NCBI GenBank assembly: GCA_000993205.1
Contig: LBVU01000002.1
Coordinates: 28,250 to 92,249 of the forward strand
DNA: 64,000 bases
From: Candidatus Woesebacteria bacterium GW2011_GWB1_39_10
GTDB lineage: Bacteria > Patescibacteriota > Microgenomatia > UBA8517
Direction of reading: 5' to 3'
The notes beneath the pieces were generated by a model. It worked only from the letters and a program-made list of their open reading frames with translations, was not told the DNA's origin and did no database searches. The position numbers and the translations under genes are program-made. Numbering within the stretch: the stretch's first letter is position 1; each line of letters opens with the position of its first letter. Of this stretch, positions 9,457-18,660 are shown piece after piece.

Positions 9457-9777
9457 AAGCTGTGAAGCAGTGAAGTAGTTAAGTTGAGTGGTAAATAGAG
9501 ACGAGGCGGTTGGTGCAAGACCTCGCAAGCTCAAATTAATGAATTACCCTGCAGAGCCGGTTCGACAAAATCGAGCCCGGGAGTGCCCGTAAACGCACTA
9601 GAGTCTGTTGGAAATCAAAGGACTTGAATAATGAGGGTTATCTCATAATTTCTAGTCCCGCGGAGCCTAAAGGCGAAGTGGGATTTTTTGTTGAGATAAC
9701 TAAAGAAGGGTGGTAACGCCTTTAAAGGGCCCCTTCAGTTTCTGAGATTTTGTCTCGGGAATTGGAGGGGCTTTTTT
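9457..9777 (+). ncRNA. T-box riboswitch, probable Tyr (UAC) specifier
   Basis: Stem I with AGTA/GAA loop-E, AGAGA and GGTGCAA apical motifs, GAAT-TAC specifier (9545-9547), T-box AAGGGTGGTAACGCC (9706-9720), long terminator 9729-9777; promoter TTGACA at 9410. Confidence 0.9.
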
Positions 9778-9802
9778 GTTTTCCCAAAAGGGGGTGATAA
9801 AC

Positions 9803-10876
9803 ATGAATAAAGAAATATTACGCGAACAATTGATAAATCTTGAGACGCGAAATGCCGGAATGAAAATTCTTAACCCGGGAGACTTAACGTCCGAAAAAAC
9901 TGCAGACAATGTCATTAAGTTATTAAAAGCGATGTATGTTGAACATGGTATTACCAAAGATAAGAAAAAACTAGTAAAGGATATTGAAGTCGGAAACGTT
10001 TTAAGTTGGTTTGCCCAAAAAGACGAAAATTTTGTCGCAACAGCTTCTCTTGTAAAACAAGACGATGGCGCTTGGGAGCTCGGTAGAGCAGTATCGCTTG
10101 ATCGCGGCAATGGACTAGGCAAAAGGGTAATTCTTGAAGCCTTAAAATTTCATCTAAAAAATCATTCTAATGAGGCGTTAATTGCTGAAGTTCGCGCCGC
10201 AGACGAATTCAAGCAAGTTCCGTCCGGACTTGCAACTCAAAAGATATTTTTTGGTACTATCAACTCGATTTTGCCAATTACACCCTTTGCAATTGCTCCG
10301 TTATTTGCGCACGGGGATCCACTAAGAAATGAGCAATTTATTCTTTCGGCAAGTGATATAAAGCCGGGAAAAACTATCAGTGAAAAAATTTCTGACTCTA
10401 TTAACAATAGGTCAACCAAGGGAACTATTCCAAGGTTACAGGTGATACAAACTGCTCCTTTTCGTCTGGCGATTCCTAATGATAACGGAAAAAAAGCTAG
10501 TCAAGTAGCATCAGAGTCCGTTGATTTTAAAGGTTGCTCACTATTTCCGGTAGAAGTTACAGACCGAAACATGCCGTTAATTGGTATGTTGTCTTCGAGA
10601 TCTGACATGGTTTTGTGTGGAGTTGACCGTCTATTGGGTAATGAAGGGAAACCGGTAGTATTAATCGCCACATTAGGTTTCCACGGCAATATTTTGACTG
10701 GTCAGTCATCAGAGTTGGCGCCCACTGAAGTTTCTGAAGTGCTTCCGACTGAAATGCGGAAAGACACACAAGCAATTGCTGATAAATTTTCGCATATACG
10801 CGAAGCGCAACTAAACGAGTTTAGAGATGGACTGCACCCTTATTTCCGTACAGACATAATTAAGTTATCACTTTAA
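9803..10876 (+). CDS. GNAT-fold protein; 3' end disrupted by IS3-family insertion
   Basis: SD GGGGGTGA before ATG 9803; WELGRAVSLDRGNGLGK acetyl-CoA motif A; last ~16 codons read into the IS left end. Confidence 0.7.
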   Translation: MNKEILREQLINLETRNAGMKILNPGDLTSEKTADNVIKLLKAMYVEHGITKDKKKLVKDIEVGNVLSWFAQKDENFVATASLVKQDDGAWELGRAVSLDRGNGLGKRVILEALKFHLKNHSNEALIAEVRAADEFKQVPSGLATQKIFFGTINSILPITPFAIAPLFAHGDPLRNEQFILSASDIKPGKTISEKISDSINNRSTKGTIPRLQVIQTAPFRLAIPNDNGKKASQVASESVDFKGCSLFPVEVTDRNMPLIGMLSSRSDMVLCGVDRLLGNEGKPVVLIATLGFHGNILTGQSSELAPTEVSEVLPTEMRKDTQAIADKFSHIREAQLNEFRDGLHPYFRTDIIKLSL

Positions 10877-10916
10877 ACTATCGGTTAAACTGTAGCCAGA
10901 AAGGAGGTGAAAAATT

Positions 10917-11234
10917 ATGTCAGGTACTAAACGAAAATTTACCAGAGAATTTAAACTTCAGGTTGTCACTGAAATTGAATCAGGGACTAAGACCAGAGCT
11001 CAAATTACTCGTGAATATGAATTATCAGAGGGACTAGTTACTAAGTGGGTTGCGGTCTATCGAGCTAATCCTCAAACTGCCTTTACAGGTAGACTGGTAG
11101 CCAGTGAGGAGGAAAGACTAAAAATTAAAATTAAAGAGCTTGAGTGGGCATTGGGTAGAAAGACAATGGAGGTGGAAACCCTGAAATTTACACTGGAAGG
11201 ATTAAATGTTAAAAAAGGGGGCTTTATGAAGTAG
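10917..11234 (+). CDS. IS3 transposase OrfA (HTH)
   Basis: RKFTREFKLQVV...W HTH_Tnp_1 pattern; A6G5 run at 11211-11221 where the -1 frame opens. Confidence 0.9.
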   Translation: MSGTKRKFTREFKLQVVTEIESGTKTRAQITREYELSEGLVTKWVAVYRANPQTAFTGRLVASEEERLKIKIKELEWALGRKTMEVETLKFTLEGLNVKKGGFMK

Positions 11235-11272
11235 CAGAAACATTTTGTCAAAAAGGACAATCTATTACAGAT

Positions 11273-12097
11273 TTGTGTAGAACCCTACATGTCTCAAGGA
11301 GCGGGTATTATGAATATCTGAAAAACAAAAATCTTAAAAATATGGATGAAGAATTAGTTAAAAACCAAATTGAACAAATTGCCCTGGAATATCCAAGATA
11401 TGGATACAGAAGGATTACTGAGGAACTTAAAAGAAGAGATTTTATAGTTAATCACAAAAGGGTCCTAAAACTGATGCAAGAAGAAGATTTACTTTGCAAA
11501 CACAAAAAGAAGTTTATGGTTACAACTGATTCTAACCATCCACTTCCAATTTACCCAAACTTAATTAAAGGAATGATTGTGACTAGGATTAACCAAATCT
11601 GGGTGGCAGACATTACTTATATCCCCCTGACCACTGGCAAATTTGTATTTTTAGCAGTAGTACTGGATCTTTATTCAAGAAAAGTAGTTGGTTGGCATTT
11701 AGGAAGTGACTTATCATCCATTTTAGTTTGTCATGCCCTGCAGATGGCAATACTCAGCCGAAAACCACCTGCAGGGCTAACTCATCATTCAGACCGTGGA
11801 GTTCAATATGCCAGTTATGAGTATACAAATATTTTAAAACTAAATAATATTCAAATTTCTATGAGTAGAAAGGGTAATCCATATGACAATGCAGTTTGTG
11901 AAAGTTTTAACAAAACATTCAAATGGGATGAGGTTAGGCTAAATAAATACAACAATTATTTTGAAGCTAAAGAAGCCATTGCAAACTATATTGAGCAGAT
12001 TTACAATGCAAAAAGGTTACATTCAAGCCTAAACTACAGGCCACCGAATGAATTTGAAGAGAGTTTAATTAACAGTCAATTGTCTGTACGTTATTAG
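11273..12097 (+). CDS. IS3 transposase OrfB (DDE integrase core), -1 frame to OrfA
   Basis: YGYRRI, WVADITY, HHSDRGVQY, DNAVCESF and RLHSSLNY motifs. Confidence 0.95.
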   Translation: MCRTLHVSRSGYYEYLKNKNLKNMDEELVKNQIEQIALEYPRYGYRRITEELKRRDFIVNHKRVLKLMQEEDLLCKHKKKFMVTTDSNHPLPIYPNLIKGMIVTRINQIWVADITYIPLTTGKFVFLAVVLDLYSRKVVGWHLGSDLSSILVCHALQMAILSRKPPAGLTHHSDRGVQYASYEYTNILKLNNIQISMSRKGNPYDNAVCESFNKTFKWDEVRLNKYNNYFEAKEAIANYIEQIYNAKRLHSSLNYRPPNEFEESLINSQLSVRY

Positions 12098-12261
12098 GGG
12101 TTCACTCCAAGAAAATGGCACAGAGGTTTTGGGAAATTGAGATGAATTGGTCAAAACAAGATGAGAGGTGGAAAGGCTAATACTTTGCATCTCTTATGGC
12201 ACAAGGGATGCGTAGCCTGTCGGTAAGTGATAGAATCGGAATGGTAAAGATATATAAACTT

Positions 12262-13356
12262 ATGAAAAAAGAAGAATTTATTAGTCAGATTGCAAAACTT
12301 GTTTCCTTTGAAACTGTTACCGGTAACGTAGCAGAAAACTCAGAGGCCTTGAGTTATGTGGAATCCTTAATAAGCAAGGACGCGGAAGTAAAAAGAATCA
12401 AGAATAAAGACGCCGAAATTTTAATTGCCGGTAATTCCAACATAATGACGCCGGATGTTGGATATATGGTGCACATGGACGTAGTTGCTGGCAAACCTGA
12501 ACAATTTAAGGTCTCCATAAAAGCAGATAAAATATTCGGTCGGGGTACCAGCGACATGAAGTTTTCTATTCCAATCGGAATCTCTCTTTTGAATCAGCTT
12601 ATTGCCACTAAATCAAAAATTACTTTTTCTTTAGCTATTACAACAGATGAAGAAATTGGAGGATTTGCAGGTGGAGCGTTTCTTGCAGAAAAACTTAAAT
12701 TCAGACCGAAAGTTTTAATCGTTCCGGATGGCGGAGATAATTTAACATTTGTAAACAAAGCCAAAGGAGTTTGCCAATTGGTTATTACCGCTAAAGGCTC
12801 CCCAGCCCACGCCAGCAGGCCATGGGTGGGTAGAAACGCCCTGGACATGCTTTCTACACTTTCTGTGGAGCTTTTGAAAATTTACGGCAAAAACAATATC
12901 AAAGAAAATTGGAATACGACCATGAATACGGGCCAAATTCAGGGTGGAATTTCTATCAACCAGGTCTGCCCAGTTGCAGTAATGAAAGTTGATTTCAGAT
13001 ATCCCGAAACTGACAGCATAGAAAAGATTACGAAAACTGTTTCCGGTATTGCCGCCAAAATCAGCAATAACATAACCATAGAAAAGGCCTCAACCGGTTT
13101 GCCCACTTTTACAAATACCGATTTGTTTGTTGTCAAGGATTTCCTAAAGACAATGGAAAAAGCATACGGCAAAAAGATCGTAGTTACACACACATACGGA
13201 GCTTCCGATGCCCGCCATTTTGCCAAATTTAATGTTCCTGTTTTAATGATGAAACCTATGGGTGGCGAGATCCACTCAGAAACAGAATGGGTAAGTATTT
13301 CTTCTTCATTGAAATTTTACGATGGACTGTTAGAATTCATATATGGACAAAATTGA
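12262..13356 (+). CDS. M20 family metallo-amidohydrolase, copy 2
   Basis: HMDVV, FGRGTSDMK, TDEEIGG, HASRPWVG and ASDARHF motifs; paralogous to 5396-6472; overlaps tyrS start. Confidence 0.9.
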   Translation: MKKEEFISQIAKLVSFETVTGNVAENSEALSYVESLISKDAEVKRIKNKDAEILIAGNSNIMTPDVGYMVHMDVVAGKPEQFKVSIKADKIFGRGTSDMKFSIPIGISLLNQLIATKSKITFSLAITTDEEIGGFAGGAFLAEKLKFRPKVLIVPDGGDNLTFVNKAKGVCQLVITAKGSPAHASRPWVGRNALDMLSTLSVELLKIYGKNNIKENWNTTMNTGQIQGGISINQVCPVAVMKVDFRYPETDSIEKITKTVSGIAAKISNNITIEKASTGLPTFTNTDLFVVKDFLKTMEKAYGKKIVVTHTYGASDARHFAKFNVPVLMMKPMGGEIHSETEWVSISSSLKFYDGLLEFIYGQN

Positions 13357-14509
13357 GGAAGTATTAACACGTGGTGTTGCAGAAATATTGCCGACCAAAG
13401 AAGGTTTGGCAAAACTGATGTCAGAAAAGAAAATAACGCTATATCAAGGATTCGATCCGACAGGCGCTCAACTTCACATTGGCCACGCAGTCGGCTTTAG
13501 GAAACTCGCGCAATTTCAGGCGCTTGGACACAAGGTAATCTTCCTCATTGGAGATTTTACCGGAATGATAGGGGACCCTTCCGGAAAATCGACTGAAAGA
13601 AAAGTTTTAACTAGGGAAGAGGTTTTGGAAAATGCTAAAACTTATAAAGAGCAGGCAGGTAGAATATTAAAATTCGATGGGGAAAATCCTGTCGAAATTA
13701 AATATAACAGTGAATGGCTGGGGAAAATGAGTGCAATTGAATTCTTACAACTTTCTCACAATTTGACATACACCCAAGTTGTTGAACGGGATATGTTCCA
13801 GGAACGTCTTAAAAAGAGACAGGATGTTTACATGAATGAATTTCTTTATCCTTTTATGCAAGCTTATGATTCGGTTGCGATGAATGTGGATTTGGAAATC
13901 GGTGGACAAGACCAGAAGTTTAACATGTTGATGGGCAGAAAATTAATGCGAAATATCTTACATAAAGAAAAATATGTAATGACACTTCCACTTCTGACAG
14001 ACTCAAAAGGAAATAAAATTGGTAAGACTGAGGGTAATGTAATTGGTTTAACAGATTCTGCAAAAGAATTTTATGCAAAAATAATGTCGCTTTCGGACAA
14101 CTCGATTGTAAACTGTTTTACAATCTTAACCGACAAATCTATTGGGGAAATAAAACAAATAGAGAAAGATATTGCGAAAGGCAAGAATCCTTTTGAATTT
14201 AAAAAACAATTAGCTTTTGATTTAACCAAGTGGTTAAATTCTGAAAAAGACGCTAAAGAAGCTCAGGCAAATTTTGAAAAGACTTTTCAGGAGAGGGCGC
14301 CAGAATTTAACATTAAAGTTAATGCGGGAGAGTCTCTAATCAAAACCATCATTCCTTTTACCAACAGACAAAGCGTAAGCGCCGCTAAGGAGTTGATTAA
14401 ACAGGGAGCGGTGGACATTAACGGACAAAAAGTTACTGATGGATCAACTACGCTTAAAACCGGTGATGAAATAAAGGTCGGAGGCCGGACCTTTCTCAAG
14501 GTAAAGTAA
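13343..14509 (+). CDS. tyrS: Tyrosyl-tRNA synthetase
   Basis: YQGFDPT..LHIGH, GGQDQ.FN, KIGKT (KMSKS equivalent), C-terminal S4-like domain. Confidence 0.97.
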   Translation: MDKIEEVLTRGVAEILPTKEGLAKLMSEKKITLYQGFDPTGAQLHIGHAVGFRKLAQFQALGHKVIFLIGDFTGMIGDPSGKSTERKVLTREEVLENAKTYKEQAGRILKFDGENPVEIKYNSEWLGKMSAIEFLQLSHNLTYTQVVERDMFQERLKKRQDVYMNEFLYPFMQAYDSVAMNVDLEIGGQDQKFNMLMGRKLMRNILHKEKYVMTLPLLTDSKGNKIGKTEGNVIGLTDSAKEFYAKIMSLSDNSIVNCFTILTDKSIGEIKQIEKDIAKGKNPFEFKKQLAFDLTKWLNSEKDAKEAQANFEKTFQERAPEFNIKVNAGESLIKTIIPFTNRQSVSAAKELIKQGAVDINGQKVTDGSTTLKTGDEIKVGGRTFLKVK

Positions 14510-14576
14510 GGTATGAGTAAAAGTTGGCCAAAGAACGTTTTTATTGCGCAAGCGTCTCATATGATAGAATAGTAGG

Positions 14577-14602
14577 AATATCATATATCGATATATGATA
14601 TT
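14577..14602. repeat. Perfect 26-bp palindrome AATATCATATATCGATATATGATATT
   Basis: Read directly; preceded by GTAGG. Confidence 0.85.
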
Positions 14603-14611
14603 AAATAATAA

Positions 14612-14716
14612 ATGATATCTAAAAAGGGCAAAAAAATATTTGTAGTAATAGTTATAATTTCTTCCTTGGCACTTCTGGCCGGAGCAGTGTTACCTTATAT
14701 TCTATACGCAAGATAG
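14612..14716 (+). CDS. 34-aa single-pass membrane microprotein MISKKGKKIFVVIVIISSLALLAGAVLPYILYAR
   Basis: Basic N-terminus plus hydrophobic helix; below the ORF-track cutoff. Confidence 0.6.
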   Translation: MISKKGKKIFVVIVIISSLALLAGAVLPYILYAR

Positions 14717-14805
14717 ATTCCAGATACATCAGAATAATTCGGAAGAATTCGGATATATCTGATATATCAGACCTGTCTGACTTCTCCGATGATATAATCT
14801 GAGTA

Positions 14806-16848
14806 ATGAATCTTGATTCACCGATTTCCAACCTTCCCAAAGTCGGACCGATATTCGAAAAGAAATTTGAAAGATTGGGTATTAATACCATTGAGGATCT
14901 TTTTTACCATGTTCCTTCGCGCTATCTGGACTATTCATTAATAACAACTATTAACAAACTTCGCGCGGATGAAACCGTTACCATTCACGCCAAAATTGCT
15001 TCCATCGCTAATATTTTTTCTAAAAGAGGAGTGAGAATGCAGATTGGGTCGGTTGAGGATGAAACGGGAAAATTAATGGTCGTTTGGTTTAACCAACCAT
15101 TCTTATTAAAAATGCTTTACCCGGGACGCCTTGTTTCCTTGTCGGGAAAGGTTGGATTTTTCAATAGAAAATTGTGTTTAAGTTCACCCGATTACGAAAT
15201 ATTGGATGAAGAAGGAGACCAAACTTTCCACACAGGCCGTTTTGTTCCTGTTTATCCCGAAACTTCTGGTCTTTCTTCCAAATGGCTTCGAACCAAAATC
15301 CGCGATGCGTTTGCCACCACAGAAATCGAAGAATATTTGCCGAAGGATGTGTTGACAGGGGGGGCCCTTGTCAGTCTGAAGGATGCGATACAAAAAGTGC
15401 ATTTCCCTAAAAATCTAGAGGAAGCTGAGGAGGGGAGAAAAAGATTGGCCTTTAACGAAGTCCTAAATCTCCAACTAAAAAGCTTAATCAGAAAATCAAA
15501 CTGGAAAGAAAATCGCGTCATCAATAGATTAGAAATTAACAGTTCAGTAGTTCAACAGTTTATCAGTTCATTACCTTTCAAATTAACCGAATCCCAATCT
15601 AAAGCCATGGATGAAATTCTTAAAGATTTGGGTGGAGAAATTCCCATGAATCGTTTGTTGGAAGGGGATGTGGGAAGCGGAAAAACAGTTGTCGCGGCAG
15701 TCGGGGCATTTGTGGCATTTTTAAACGGTTACCAAACATTAATAATGGCTCCCACTCAAATTTTAGCATCCCAGCATTACGAGACCCTTAATCGTCTATT
15801 TTCCAAATTCAAGCTTCGTCTCTCACTTCTAACTTCCGCAGTCAAACTTCACGATCTTGGACGAACGGATGTCTTTGTCGGTACTCATTCGTTAATTCAT
15901 AGTAAAGTTGACTTTAGTAAAGTAGCTTTTGTAGTGATTGACGAACAACACAGATTCGGCGTCGAGCAAAGAAGACATCTGGTTAAAAAAACCGGAACTC
16001 CGCATGTTTTAACAATGACCGCAACCCCCATTCCAAGAACCGTAGCCCTTACCACTTACGGTGACTTGGATTTGTCAGTCTTGACCGAAATGCCGGAAGG
16101 ACGCCAAAAAGTTACAACCTGGGTTGTTCCAGAAATCAAAAGAGATGGAGCATACGAGTGGATGAAAAAACAAATAATAAATAACAAATCTCAAATCTTT
16201 ATTGTTTGCCCTTTGATTGAAGACTCAGACACCGAAACTCTTGCAGACGTAAAATCAGTCACCTCCGAATTCTTAAATCTTAAATCTGTATTCATAAATC
16301 AAAAACTCGGCCTATTGCATGGCCGCCTCAAGTCCAAGGAAAAAGATGAGATTTTGGACAAATTCAGATCGGGTACGATCGATATTTTGGTCGCGACCCC
16401 TGTTGTTGAAGTTGGAATAGATATCCCCAACGCCACTATAATGGTAATTGAGGCTGCCGAGCGTTTTGGCCTTGCCGGGCTTCATCAGCTTCGCGGCCGA
16501 GTTGGGAGGGGATCGAAACGATCATATTGTCTAATCTTTTCAAATTACCACTCCGGGGCAGCCTACACACGATTGCGCGCGATGGAAAAGAGTTATTCCG
16601 GCTTTGAGTTGGCTGAACTGGATTTAAAGCTAAGAGGCCCCGGAGAAATCTTCGGAACTGCCCAATCAGGTTTCCCGGAGCTTAAGATCGCCTCTTGGAA
16701 CAACTTTGAGTTAATTAAGGCAACCAAAGAAGTTGCGGAGGACATCATCAAAAACCCCAAAAAATACACATTGGTTAAAACCAAATTCGAATATACTAAA
16801 AAATACGGCTGGCGTCTTTCCTACTTGAATGACGTCACTCATGTTTAA
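14806..16848 (+). CDS. recG: ATP-dependent DNA helicase RecG
   Basis: RLLEGDVGSGKT, DEQHRFGV, MTATPIPRT, HQLRGRVGRG, DLKLRGPGE motifs. Confidence 0.97.
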   Translation: MNLDSPISNLPKVGPIFEKKFERLGINTIEDLFYHVPSRYLDYSLITTINKLRADETVTIHAKIASIANIFSKRGVRMQIGSVEDETGKLMVVWFNQPFLLKMLYPGRLVSLSGKVGFFNRKLCLSSPDYEILDEEGDQTFHTGRFVPVYPETSGLSSKWLRTKIRDAFATTEIEEYLPKDVLTGGALVSLKDAIQKVHFPKNLEEAEEGRKRLAFNEVLNLQLKSLIRKSNWKENRVINRLEINSSVVQQFISSLPFKLTESQSKAMDEILKDLGGEIPMNRLLEGDVGSGKTVVAAVGAFVAFLNGYQTLIMAPTQILASQHYETLNRLFSKFKLRLSLLTSAVKLHDLGRTDVFVGTHSLIHSKVDFSKVAFVVIDEQHRFGVEQRRHLVKKTGTPHVLTMTATPIPRTVALTTYGDLDLSVLTEMPEGRQKVTTWVVPEIKRDGAYEWMKKQIINNKSQIFIVCPLIEDSDTETLADVKSVTSEFLNLKSVFINQKLGLLHGRLKSKEKDEILDKFRSGTIDILVATPVVEVGIDIPNATIMVIEAAERFGLAGLHQLRGRVGRGSKRSYCLIFSNYHSGAAYTRLRAMEKSYSGFELAELDLKLRGPGEIFGTAQSGFPELKIASWNNFELIKATKEVAEDIIKNPKKYTLVKTKFEYTKKYGWRLSYLNDVTHV

Positions 16849-16940
16849 TTGAAAATTATAAATTGATAATTGTAAATTTCGTAATTTTAACATAAGCAGA
16901 GCTTGCCATGAGCAGAGCCTCATGGTAAAATTACGGTTAT

Positions 16941-17099
16941 ATGGTACCTTTACCAAAACGAAAACACACAAGAAGTAGAACCGGAATTAGACGCGGAGGA
17001 CAGCCCAAAATGGTTCTTTCAAATCTGACAAAGTGTACCAGTTGTGGAAAATTGAAGGAAAATCACAGAACTTGTCCGTATTGTGGCTTCTGGCGATAA
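16941..17099 (+). CDS. rpmF: 50S ribosomal protein L32 (Zn-ribbon type)
   Basis: [18 protein letters not shown]...CTSCG...HRTCPYCG; not in the ORF track; promoter TTGCCA-17-TAAAAT at 16903-16931. Confidence 0.93.
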   Translation: MVPLPKRKHTRSRTGIRRGGQPKMVLSNLTKCTSCGKLKENHRTCPYCGFWR

Positions 17100-17103
17100 T
17101 TCG

Positions 17104-17478
17104 ATGAAAACATCAACTGACCCCAGGCACATTAGAAGAAGGGAAGCCGTCAAGTCCCTTTTTGCCGAAACTTTTGCCAAACAACCGGGGAACGGCGAGT
17201 TGGTAATCAAGATTCTTAGCCAAAAAAAGAAAATCGATAAACTAATTGAGGACGCGGCCCCGCAATGGCCCATCGATAAACTTAACAAGATTGATTTGGC
17301 AATTTTGAGGCTTGCCGTCTACGAACTTGAGAATGACGATACTCCGCCTAAAGTCGTAATCGACGAAGCGGTGGAACTTGCCAAAGAGTACGGCGCCGAA
17401 TCTTCCTCTTCATTTATCAACGGTGTATTGGGTACAATATACAAGGACGAGACTGATGCCGCAGCTACGAAAAAATAA
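17104..17478 (+). CDS. nusB: Transcription antitermination factor NusB
   Basis: [38 protein letters not shown] motifs. Confidence 0.95.
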   Translation: MKTSTDPRHIRRREAVKSLFAETFAKQPGNGELVIKILSQKKKIDKLIEDAAPQWPIDKLNKIDLAILRLAVYELENDDTPPKVVIDEAVELAKEYGAESSSSFINGVLGTIYKDETDAAATKK

Positions 17479-17480
17479 CA

Positions 17481-17723
17481 ATGGATACAGATCTAAATAA
17501 TATCTCAGTAAAAATTAAAAGAGAGTTGTCTGATTTTCTGGGAATTGACATGGAAGACGTTGACGATGAAACATCTTTAAAAGAGGACCTTCACATGGAC
17601 CCGGCAAGCATAACAGACTACATAGAAATATTGTCAAAGGCCGGTTTTGACACGGACAGGCTTGATTTAACAGAAATCGAAACCTTCGGAGATCTTCTTG
17701 AGGCATTATCCTCTCACACCTAA
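17481..17723 (+). CDS. Acyl-carrier-protein-like protein lacking the canonical DSL serine
   Basis: 80 aa, acidic; ETSLKEDLHMDPAS and IETFGDLL pattern; position before rnc. Confidence 0.7.
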   Translation: MDTDLNNISVKIKRELSDFLGIDMEDVDDETSLKEDLHMDPASITDYIEILSKAGFDTDRLDLTEIETFGDLLEALSSHT

Positions 17724-17725
17724 GT

Positions 17726-18397
17726 ATGGATAAAATAAAATCCTTAAAAGCAAAATTCAAAAACCAGAATCTCTTCGACTCGGCTCTCACCCACAGGTCC
17801 TGGGTTAATGAACATAAAGGAGTACGTACAAATAACGAAAGACTTGAGTTTCTGGGAGATGCTGTTTTGGAATTTATTGTTTCCAAAGAACTTTTTGCTA
17901 AATTCCCCGATAAAGAAGAAGGATATCTTACTGCGCTACGGGCGAATATAGTCAACACCATTTCGCTCTCAGAAGTAGCAAAAAAGCTTGATTTAGGACC
18001 ACTGATTTTTTTAAGTAAAGGCGAGGAGGATGGCGGCGGAAGGCAAAACACATCCCTTCTGGCAGATACGGTTGAAGCAATAATCGGAGCCATGTTTATT
18101 GACCGCGGGATCGAGGCTTCCGAAAAGTTTATTGAAGAAAATCTACTGAAAGATGTTGAGGTCCGCGCCAAGGAACCTCTTAAAGACAGCAAGTCCCAGC
18201 TTCAGGAACACGTTCAGTCGCTTGGTTTTTCCGCGCCAAAATATCAGGTAGTAGAAGAGTCCGGTCCGGATCACAATAAAAAATTTATTATCGAGGTTGT
18301 TGTAAACGGAAAACCCTGGGGCAGGGGAGAAGGAAAAAGTAAAAGTACCGCCGAACAGGATGCGGCTAGACAGGCTCTGGCAAAAAAGGTACAATAG
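17726..18397 (+). CDS. rnc: Ribonuclease III
   Basis: NERLEFLGDAVL signature plus dsRBD. Confidence 0.97.
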   Translation: MDKIKSLKAKFKNQNLFDSALTHRSWVNEHKGVRTNNERLEFLGDAVLEFIVSKELFAKFPDKEEGYLTALRANIVNTISLSEVAKKLDLGPLIFLSKGEEDGGGRQNTSLLADTVEAIIGAMFIDRGIEASEKFIEENLLKDVEVRAKEPLKDSKSQLQEHVQSLGFSAPKYQVVEESGPDHNKKFIIEVVVNGKPWGRGEGKSKSTAEQDAARQALAKKVQ

Positions 18398-18433
18398 CTT
18401 CATGATAAGCAAAGCTTGTCACAAAATTATTTT

Positions 18434-18658
18434 ATGATTGCAATAAGATTATCAAGATTCGGCCGCAAAAAAGCTCCCTTTTATAGGGTTGTGGCTGTTG
18501 ATTCAAGAAAAAAGGCAACCGGGATGGTTTTAAAAACCCTAGGAACATGGAACCCTGCAAAAAAAGAATTTAAAATTAATAAAGATGAATTAAAAGTCTG
18601 GGTAGAAAAAGGTGCGCAAGTTAGCGCTACCGTCAAAAAATTAATTAGTACCAAATAA
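18434..18658 (+). CDS. rpsP: 30S ribosomal protein S16
   Basis: IRLSRFGRKKAPFYRVVAVDSR, GAQVSATV. Confidence 0.95.
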   Translation: MIAIRLSRFGRKKAPFYRVVAVDSRKKATGMVLKTLGTWNPAKKEFKINKDELKVWVEKGAQVSATVKKLISTK

Positions 18659-18660
18659 AT

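Larger units (their letters stand above)
10828..12109 (+). mobile_element. IS3-family insertion sequence, 1282 bp, 3-bp target duplication AGA
   Basis: IRL TGGACTGCACCCTTATTTCCGTACAGACA vs IRR revcomp TGGAGTGAACCCCTAATAACGTACAGACA; AGA at 10825-10827 and 12110-12112; orfA/orfB. Confidence 0.93.
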
